A stretch of DNA of 13,454 nt. Origin: Nitrososphaerales archaeon. GTDB taxonomy: Archaea > Thermoproteota > Nitrososphaeria > Nitrososphaerales > Gagatemarchaeaceae. The position numbers were made by a program, and so were the translations under genes. The DNA lies in NCBI GenBank assembly GCA_014874415.1, contig JACWAI010000076.1, positions 1 to 13,454 of the forward strand, given 5' to 3'. Numbering within the stretch: position 1 is the first letter of the stretch; the number at the start of each line of letters is the position of its first letter. Below are positions 6,956 through 12,554 of this stretch, one piece after another. The notes below the pieces were generated by a model. It had not been told where the DNA came from and did not search any database. It saw nothing but the letters and a program-made list of their open reading frames with translations.

Positions 6956-8629
6956 CTACCGCCTGATCATCGGCGCTTGCAAGGGAGCTCTCTCAAGGCC
7001 GTGACGCGATGCCCTCTCGAGGTCCAGGCCTCCCCTGAGGCAGCGGTTCTTTACCACGCGGAGCATGGCCCACGCACCGAGCGCCATCATTCCCCCGGTG
7101 ACGTACTTGGTCAAGGGGTTCTGCTCGGCTGAGGCGCTGGTGGCGTCCCTCCTGGCGATCTTGGCGAGATGCCTATAGGATGCGTAGTACACCGCCAACT
7201 GAGACCTGTTGAGCTTGACCGAGGAGAAGTCCCTGCTCTTGAGGAGCCCCAGGGGGACGTTCTGCATGGGGGTCACGGTGAACTCGAAGGGCCGGCCGTC
7301 GTCAAGGGCGGATGCGCTCATGCGGTTGATCAGGGCGACTGTCTCCCAGTTGTCCTCGGGCGTCTCCCCATCCTGCCCCACCTGCACGGTGAAAGCGGGG
7401 CGCCAATAGTATTTGTTCAGGACGTAGGTCCCTCGCCATACTATTTCCCCCCAGCTCCCGTCCGGCCCGACATGCAGCGGCAGGGTCTTGTTGGGCATGT
7501 GCACCGAAGCGAGCCGGTCGCTCCCGGTCTCGATTCCGATCTGAAGACCGATCCAGTTGTCCGGCCCCGCCCTCATGATTCTTGACAGCTTGCGGATGAA
7601 CTCTGGGTACGCGGCCGGTATCGAGATTCTTCCGTGGGTGGGATTGGTCTGGTCGACGCCGGAGGTCGCTATCACTGCCGAGAACAAGGCCGAGATGGCC
7701 TCCTGGTTAGGCTCGAAGTTCCTCCCGTGCTCGTAGGCGAATATCTCGTCGCTGTGCAGCCAGGCGTTGCCCATCCCTGCCCTTATGTTGACCTCGAGCT
7801 CCCGTCTCACCTTCTCCGGAGGATAGTATCGGAGTGGCCTCAAGGTGACTTCGCAGAAGTCGCACCCTATGCCGCACCCGCGCATGACCTCCACCATGCC
7901 CTTAACGGAAGGGTTGACTATGTCCGGGATGTCCTCGAGCTTGGGGAACTGTTTCGAGAACTGATACCGGCTGATGAACTTGGAGCTCGCCTTCCATTCT
8001 TTGTGGAACGACCCGTCGAAGGTCTGGAAGCCTCTGAAGAACTCGGTATTCTCCCCTCCGTCCTCGACCACGTAGCGGAAGAGGTCAGAGACTATGTCGT
8101 CGGCTTCGCCCTGGTAGGCGTAGTCGATCCTGTTCTTCTCGAGCACATCGGGGTGGACAGTCAGCTCCCAGACGCCAGGACCTCCTACGATGAGCTTCGC
8201 CTTCTTCCCCGCCCTCGCCCTGTTGACGCGGGCCAGGAGGGACTCGAACTCTCTCTGCACATAGGCGGGGGCGGTTGTGTCGAAGAATACGGCATAGGAC
8301 ATGGTGAGCGGCCCCAGGCCGAGGGGGTCCATGGTCGACACCCCGATAAGCTCTGTGTCGTCATCAACGAACTCTGCTATGTGGTCCTCGTGGGCCACCA
8401 CGACTTCGCCCCTTTCGTGACGCTTGAGGACTGATGCCTCCAGCTTCCTGATGGCGTAGGGGGCGAAGACCGCCTTCCCGTCTTCCGACGGCGGGGGAGG
8501 TCCCTTCAGGAAGCTGTAGATAGAGCCAGGGAGGGCGCTTGTCGGAGCGCTGGCGAGGAAGTCGAGGAGGGGGACGCTCCTGTAGTTGCGGGCCAGGGTG
8601 GTGTCTGAAACGAGCACGAATCTCGCCAT
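6956..8629 (-). CDS. Radical SAM enzyme with an N-terminal B12-binding-like (Rossmann) domain
   Basis: 557 aa with an ATG start. The canonical CX3CX2C motif is in VMRGCGIGCDFCEV (C252/C256/C259, verified at nt 7853-7876). The N-terminal about 170 aa show the pattern of cobalamin-binding-like domains of class B radical SAM proteins (ELIGVSTMDP..., KLIVGGPGVWEL). Only one further Cys occurs in the whole protein. Confidence 0.85.
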   Translation of the reverse strand: MARFVLVSDTTLARNYRSVPLLDFLASAPTSALPGSIYSFLKGPPPPSEDGKAVFAPYAIRKLEASVLKRHERGEVVVAHEDHIAEFVDDDTELIGVSTMDPLGLGPLTMSYAVFFDTTAPAYVQREFESLLARVNRARAGKKAKLIVGGPGVWELTVHPDVLEKNRIDYAYQGEADDIVSDLFRYVVEDGGENTEFFRGFQTFDGSFHKEWKASSKFISRYQFSKQFPKLEDIPDIVNPSVKGMVEVMRGCGIGCDFCEVTLRPLRYYPPEKVRRELEVNIRAGMGNAWLHSDEIFAYEHGRNFEPNQEAISALFSAVIATSGVDQTNPTHGRISIPAAYPEFIRKLSRIMRAGPDNWIGLQIGIETGSDRLASVHMPNKTLPLHVGPDGSWGEIVWRGTYVLNKYYWRPAFTVQVGQDGETPEDNWETVALINRMSASALDDGRPFEFTVTPMQNVPLGLLKSRDFSSVKLNRSQLAVYYASYRHLAKIARRDATSASAEQNPLTKYVTGGMMALGAWAMLRVVKNRCLRGGLDLERASRHGLERAPLQAPMIRR

Positions 8630-8660
8630 GTCGGGAGGGTCCCTGAATGAAAGCCGCGCC

Positions 8661-8668
8661 TTAAAAAA
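8661..8668 (-). promoter_or_regulatory. TATA-like box upstream of the radical SAM gene
   Basis: The minus strand reads GAATTTTTTAAGGCGCGG. The box ends 31 nt upstream of ATG 8629, which predicts a very short leader. It is the only AT-rich element in the 73-nt intergenic gap. Confidence 0.5.
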
Positions 8669-8702
8669 TTCACTAGTGTCGCTTGGAATAAGGACGAACG
8701 GA

Positions 8703-9359
8703 TTAGCCTTCGGCTATTTCAGCCAGGTTGCGGTTCGAGGCAGCAGAGAAGTCGTAGTCCCTGGCGTCGTATCCTGAACGACAATAATCATCTCTGTGCT
8801 TGATTAGCAGCCACGCCTCTTTGGTCTTTCCAAGTCCCTTTGTCCTGACAAGGGCGAAGGAGCCCTGTAGCTTCTTGCCGAAGAGGGCGAACTTCAGGTT
8901 CCCGCCTCTCAGTCCCTCCGAGGCTACCTCTTCAGCCTCGTCCCTGGAAGTCACCTGCTTCCTCGTCCCTTTGGCGATTTCTATCTCCGGGGTGTACTTC
9001 CCCTCGTCCCAGATCATCACGGTCCCGGCGCCGTAACCCTGCTCTATGTTGCCTTCGAACTTCCTGTATTCCAGGTCGTGCGGGCCGGTGGGCATGGCCA
9101 GCCTCCTCACCCCCGGGTCTAGGGTGGGTCCTTTCGGGACCGACCAAGAGGGCATGACGTCTCCTATCTCGAGCCTGAAGTCGTAGTAAAGCGCTGTCGC
9201 CCTGTGCTTATGGACCACGTAGGCCAAGAAGCCCGATTCCAAGACCGATGACGGCTGTCCACCCCGCTTTTTCGCCTTTGCGCCGCTTTTAACGCGAACC
9301 TCTAAAAAACCACTCCAACGCTTATATCGAAACCTGAACTCAAAACAGCGCGGGTTCAT
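8703..9359 (-). CDS. Stand-alone LigD-type 3'-phosphoesterase (PE) domain protein
   Basis: Colinear PE-domain motifs: YVVHKHRATALYYDFRLE, SWSVPKGP, GPHDLEYRKFEGNI, GYGAGTVMIWDEGKY, LKFALFGKKLQGSFALVR, WLLIKHRD. The start is uncertain. ATG 9359 gives 218 aa, but a TATA-like box lies inside that extension. In-frame TTG 9242 (179 aa, MESGFLAYVVHKH...) is a plausible true start. Confidence 0.85.
   Translation of the reverse strand: MNPRCFEFRFRYKRWSGFLEVRVKSGAKAKKRGGQPSSVLESGFLAYVVHKHRATALYYDFRLEIGDVMPSWSVPKGPTLDPGVRRLAMPTGPHDLEYRKFEGNIEQGYGAGTVMIWDEGKYTPEIEIAKGTRKQVTSRDEAEEVASEGLRGGNLKFALFGKKLQGSFALVRTKGLGKTKEAWLLIKHRDDYCRSGYDARDYDFSAASNRNLAEIAEG
9322..9327. promoter_or_regulatory. TATA-like element in the divergent LigD-PE / AsnRS-like region
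   Basis: CTTATATCGA on the plus strand reads TCGATATAAG on the minus strand. It is the only strongly AT-rich element between the two divergent conserved cores and could serve either or both directions. It lies inside the longest version of the PE ORF. Confidence 0.3.
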
Positions 9360-9494
9360 TTAGAAACTTCCGAAATAGCTGAAACGCCCGAGTCGCCCGA
9401 AGAGGTATTCGGCGGCGACCTGACGAAAACATACAATCGTTTCAGGGCCTTCAAGGATCCGCGCCTTCAGGCGATCGCGAGAATCGAAGCTTCG

Positions 9495-10403
9495 TTGCTG
9501 TCTGGAGCCAGGAGCTACTTCGAGGCGAACGGCTTCAGCGAGATACTCGTGCCTCACATCACCAGGGCGACAGGGGCGTGCGAGAACATCGCGACCATGT
9601 TCGAGGTCAACTTCTTCGACGAGCGAAGATATCTGGCCCAGACTGGACAGCTATATCTGGAGGTCCTGACACCGTATCTCGGCAAGGTCTGGGCCGCGGG
9701 CCCTAGCTTCAGGGCAGAGCCCGACGTCGACGACAGGCATCTGGTCGAGTTCACTTTGGTCGAGATCGAGTTCAAGGGCGGCTTCGACGAGCTCCTGGGG
9801 CACATCGAGGGGACCATAACCTCGATGGTGGACAAGGTGCTGAAGACGAGAGGAGAGGACCTCGAGCTGCTGAGGGTGGACAAGGAGAGGCTCAGGGAAG
9901 TCAGGGCTCCATTCAGGCGCATTACCTACACCGATGCCGTGGATGTGCTGGCGGGGTCCGGCGTCAAGTGGGGGGACGACCTGAAGAGCGCTCATGAGAA
10001 GCATCTGACCCACTACTACGGTGGCAAGCCACTCTTCATCACCCACTATCCAAAGGCGATCAAATTCTTCAACATGAAGGAGAACGACGCCAACCCCAAC
10101 ATCGTAGACAGCGCCGACCTCATACTCCCGTTCAGCGGGGAGGCGGTCGGGGCCGCGGAGAGGGAGCACCAGTACGACAGGCTGGTAAGCAGGCTCCTCG
10201 ACTCGTCGATGTACAGGCTGCTCAAGGAGAGGGGGGGGAGCCTGGAGGACTTCGCCTGGTTCCTCGACTTCTACAAGGAGAACGAGGGGTGCAAGCACTC
10301 GGGGTGCGGGATAGGAATGAACAGGGTGACGCAGTTCGTGCTGGGAAGCGCGGACATCAGGGCGACGACCACCTGGCCCATGAACAGGGAGTCGAACGTC
10401 TAG
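9495..10403 (+). CDS. Asparaginyl/aspartyl-tRNA synthetase-like class II catalytic core without an anticodon-binding domain (AsnA/AS-AR-like paralogue)
   Basis: Class II motifs are present: motif 1 region (FEANGFSEILVPHI), motif 2 (FRAEPDVDDRHLVEFTLVEIE), motif 3 (GCGIGMNRVTQFVLGSADIR). AsnRS-like blocks are also present (TGQLYLE, DLILPFSGEAVGAAERE, WFLDFYK..HSG). The tracked start is TTG 9495. The reading frame is open and homologous from at least about 9440 upstream, so the true 5' end is uncertain. Confidence 0.85.
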   Translation: MLSGARSYFEANGFSEILVPHITRATGACENIATMFEVNFFDERRYLAQTGQLYLEVLTPYLGKVWAAGPSFRAEPDVDDRHLVEFTLVEIEFKGGFDELLGHIEGTITSMVDKVLKTRGEDLELLRVDKERLREVRAPFRRITYTDAVDVLAGSGVKWGDDLKSAHEKHLTHYYGGKPLFITHYPKAIKFFNMKENDANPNIVDSADLILPFSGEAVGAAEREHQYDRLVSRLLDSSMYRLLKERGGSLEDFAWFLDFYKENEGCKHSGCGIGMNRVTQFVLGSADIRATTTWPMNRESNV

Positions 10404-10423
10404 GACAGAAGTGTTTCGCCTGG

Positions 10424-10453
10424 GACCACTGGGGCTCTGCAGGCCCCGTGGTC
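10424..10453. terminator. Stem-loop between convergent genes
   Basis: GACCAC(T)GGGGC-tctgcag-GCCCCGTGGTC forms 11 bp with one bulged T and a 7-nt loop. It lies between the AsnRS-like stop (10403) and the DUF1801 stop (10452-10454), and the 3' arm overlaps the latter. No flanking oligo-T run is present. Confidence 0.3.
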
Positions 10454-10949
10454 ACCCTTTATCGGGGCTGGCGGCTCTTTTCACGAGCGCGCCGATCCTT
10501 GCCTCTTCGGCGGTGGTCAACCCCTTCAACGCGAAAGAGGTCGGCCAAAGGGTGCCTTCGTCGAGGTTTGCCTTGTCGCTGAAGCCCAACGTCGCGTACC
10601 TCGTCTTGAACTTCTCGGCAGGTTGGAAGAAGCAGACCACCTTGCCGTCCTCGTTGGCATACGCGGGCATACCGTACCACAGTCTCGGCGAGAGGGTCGG
10701 CGCTCTAGCTTTGATGATGGCGTGGATCCGCTCCCCCATGGCGCGATCCTGTCCCTTCATCGCGGCAATCTTCGCGAGGACGGCACTTTCTCCGTCCGCC
10801 TCGCCCGCCTTCAGCTCTTGGACGCGCTCCTTCATCGCGGCTCGTTCCTCGTCCGTGAATCCTTTGGACTTCTTTTCGGCCTCCGTGATGCTCTTGGCGG
10901 ACCCTTGCACGGGTCTCTTCGCAGGCTTCACAGTTGGGCTCTGCGACAT
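10452..10949 (-). CDS. DUF1801 / YdhG-like domain protein
   Basis: The C-terminal 120 aa carry the characteristic pattern ([78 protein letters not shown]). It is preceded by a Lys/Glu-rich helix ([17 protein letters not shown]). The likely start is ATG 10949 (MSQSPTVKP...), with ATG 10976 as the alternative. The longer tracked ORF (to 11186) runs into the low-GC segment and overlaps a plus-strand ORF. Confidence 0.72.
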   Translation of the reverse strand: MSQSPTVKPAKRPVQGSAKSITEAEKKSKGFTDEERAAMKERVQELKAGEADGESAVLAKIAAMKGQDRAMGERIHAIIKARAPTLSPRLWYGMPAYANEDGKVVCFFQPAEKFKTRYATLGFSDKANLDEGTLWPTSFALKGLTTAEEARIGALVKRAASPDKG

Positions 10950-11084
10950 TGGCGTAATTAACCGCTTACGAATCATGCCTGAACTCTCTCGTGCAGGAGG
11001 GCTTCCCAGATTTGGGTTAAGGCTCATGCTACACGGTACAATGTTCTGGCAGTCTCCTCCGCAAGAGAAATCTGCCACCTGCCG

Positions 11085-11091
11085 GATATAA
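11085..11091 (+). promoter_or_regulatory. TATA-like box upstream of the small zinc-ribbon ORF
   Basis: GATATAA lies 23 nt upstream of the second ATG (11115) and 17 nt upstream of the first (11109). Confidence 0.35.
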
Positions 11092-11108
11092 CACGGAAGA
11101 AACGACTG

Positions 11109-11309
11109 ATGAAAATGGCCCAGGCAAGTCACGTATGTTCCGGCTTTCTCAAGGGGAAGGGCGCTCTTTGCGCCAATTGCGGCCACCTAAGGAGGCGTCA
11201 TGCAGAGGCCCCTCTGAATAGCGCAGGCTACTGCAGAGAATGCGTGAGGCTCTGGAGCAAGGATCAGGCGCTATGGGACTGGAGGCGCCGCCTTTACGAG
11301 GTCGTGTGA
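11109..11309 (+). CDS. Small hypothetical protein with a zinc-ribbon-like CxxC...CxxC arrangement
   Basis: 66 aa (64 aa from the second ATG at 11115). It contains CANC and CREC pairs 17 residues apart, plus one extra Cys and His residues. The GATATAA box at 11085-11091 lies 23 nt upstream of ATG 11115, a leaderless geometry. I recognise no homology. Confidence 0.4.
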   Translation: MKMAQASHVCSGFLKGKGALCANCGHLRRRHAEAPLNSAGYCRECVRLWSKDQALWDWRRRLYEVV

Positions 11310-11447
11310 CTCGGCAGCCGTGACTGGGGCACGCGTATAAGTGCTCCGTTCCGAAGGGCGAAAGTGTACTCTGCTGGACCGAACGTGACATTCTATGGGA
11401 TGCGGATAGAAGATTCTACCAAAGCGAATTAAGCTCGCTGACCCAAT

Positions 11448-11810
11448 TTGATACTGGGGGAATTGGCCCTTCATCTCCGGAAGCGTGTCGCACAAGTGGG
11501 CGTTATCGTTTTCATCGCTTCCATGTTGACTCCCGTCCTCCCTCTCCCGTTTGTCGTCCTAGGCGGAAGTGCAGGTCTCGGAATCGCAGGAAATCTCCTT
11601 CTGTTCCTCCTTAGCGGCATCGTCCTCCTAGTCGCTGCCCTCACTCCGGGGACAGAAGGCGAGACTTGGGGATCGATGTGGCCACTTGTGGGCTACGACA
11701 ACGCCATAGACTCCCTGTATGTCAGAGGCCCTTGGCGGCAACGGTTCGAGGAATTGGACGAGTTGGAGTCCGAGAGACGAATGATGACGGCGATGAGCGA
11801 GTGGTTCTAG
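11448..11810 (+). CDS. Small hypothetical membrane protein (two predicted TM helices)
   Basis: 120-aa ORF with a TTG start (alternative GTG 11496 or an internal ATG). It has two long hydrophobic stretches (VGVIVFIASMLTPVLPLPFVVLGG; LLLFLLSGIVLLVAAL) and an acidic C-terminal tail. No family is recognised. Confidence 0.4.
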   Translation: MILGELALHLRKRVAQVGVIVFIASMLTPVLPLPFVVLGGSAGLGIAGNLLLFLLSGIVLLVAALTPGTEGETWGSMWPLVGYDNAIDSLYVRGPWRQRFEELDELESERRMMTAMSEWF

Positions 11811-11830
11811 CTGTTGAACATATACAAATC

Positions 11831-11852
11831 TGCCCCGGCCGGGATTCGGACC
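11831..11852 (-). other. tRNA 3'-end-like remnant (possible att-site relic), not an intact tRNA
   Basis: The minus strand reads GGTCCGAATCCCGGCCGGGGCA. This matches the T-loop (TTCGAAT with one mismatch), a 5-nt T-stem 3' strand, a 7-nt acceptor 3' strand and discriminator A. The upstream sequence cannot form the matching T-stem (3 of 5 pairs) or the acceptor 5' strand (GCCCCGG is absent). Confidence 0.3.
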
Positions 11853-12015
11853 TGCAAGTGCGGGCTTAAGCACCTTCAAAATAGTTAGGCGATTGCTCGG
11901 GGGTCAGGCGTTCACCACCCGTCGGATTTTCAATAGTTTCGGACATCCCTGGCTATTCAAAGCCAAACCTCGCGTCGAGGTTAAGACCTTCCTCACAAGG
12001 CTAGAACTTGGTTTC

Positions 12016-12264
12016 TTGGCCATTGAATTCTCTGAGCACGCGGTTCAGAAGCTGAAGATACTTCGCAGTCATGGAGTGGAGGTAACGAAGAAGTTGATCG
12101 AGAATACGGTTAGCAAACCCGATAGGGTCGTTCGTGGGGTAGGAGGGAGGTTGATTGCTGAAAGGACCCTCGATCATGACCATGTCGTCAGGGTTGTGTT
12201 TATCAGGAAGGAGGAGAGTGTGCGAGTGATAACGATGTATCCCGCGAGGAGGGGGCGCTATTGA
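12016..12264 (+). CDS. DUF4258-like putative toxin of a DUF4258/DUF2283 pair
   Basis: The pattern IEFSEHAVQKLKILRSHGVEVTKKLIENTV...GRLIAERTLDHDHVVRVVFIRKEESVRVITMYP resembles DUF4258. The tracked ORF opens at TTG 11893. In-frame TTG 12016 gives an 82-aa product, typical for the family. The stop overlaps the start of the downstream gene. Confidence 0.6.
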   Translation: MAIEFSEHAVQKLKILRSHGVEVTKKLIENTVSKPDRVVRGVGGRLIAERTLDHDHVVRVVFIRKEESVRVITMYPARRGRY

Positions 12265-12452
12265 AGGTGACTTACGAGCCAGAGGACGATGTCCTGATGT
12301 ACGAGGTCAGCGACGAGCCCATCGACCATGCCGAGGAGATGGACTCGGTCATCATCCACTTCACCAAGGAGGACAAACCAGTGCTATTGGAAATATTGGA
12401 CGCGAGCAAGTTCCTTTCGAAGACCATCCAAGCGACCAAGAAAGCCCACTGA
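12261..12452 (+). CDS. DUF2283-family small protein (putative antitoxin partner)
   Basis: 63 aa. MKVTYEPEDDVLMYEVSDEPIDHAEEMDSVIIHFTKEDKPVLLEILDASKFL matches the DUF2283 pattern (MKI.YD.E.D.LYI.L...I..SEE...GVI.D.d..g..vGIEIL.ASK). The TTG start overlaps the upstream stop (TTGA). A GAGGAGGGGG purine tract lies 5-14 nt upstream. Confidence 0.72.
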   Translation: MKVTYEPEDDVLMYEVSDEPIDHAEEMDSVIIHFTKEDKPVLLEILDASKFLSKTIQATKKAH

Positions 12453-12554
12453 GCGGCTGGGACTCGGGCATGATTAATCGTGCCATCGGTGCGCAAAGAA
12501 AACGGGTATGTCGATGCCAACAGAATCGGCTCAAGACGGGCCTGACTCTGCCCT

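Noticed and set aside
10950-11186. Cys-rich N-terminal extension of the DUF1801 ORF ([32 protein letters not shown]), a possible metal-binding domain.
   Set aside because: It lies in the low-GC segment, unlike the rest of the gene. It overlaps the plus-strand zinc-ribbon ORF and its TATA box. Homologues as I remember them begin near the Lys-rich MSQ...KPAKR segment. This rejection is not absolute.
11104-11220. C/D box sRNA candidate: TGATGA at 11106-11111 and CTGA near 11213.
   Set aside because: The box spacing of about 105 nt is far longer than archaeal C/D sRNAs of about 50-60 nt. No C'/D' boxes or terminal stem are present, and the TGATGA overlaps the ORF's start codon region.
11800-11910. 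Possible intact tRNA gene around the GGTCCGAATCCCGGCCGGGGCA element.
   Set aside because: I could not build a cloverleaf. The T-stem pairs at only 3 of 5 positions. No GCCCCGG acceptor 5' strand occurs within 70-100 nt. The only local hairpin (GTGC-n8-GCAC) is not anticodon-arm-like. I kept it only as a remnant.
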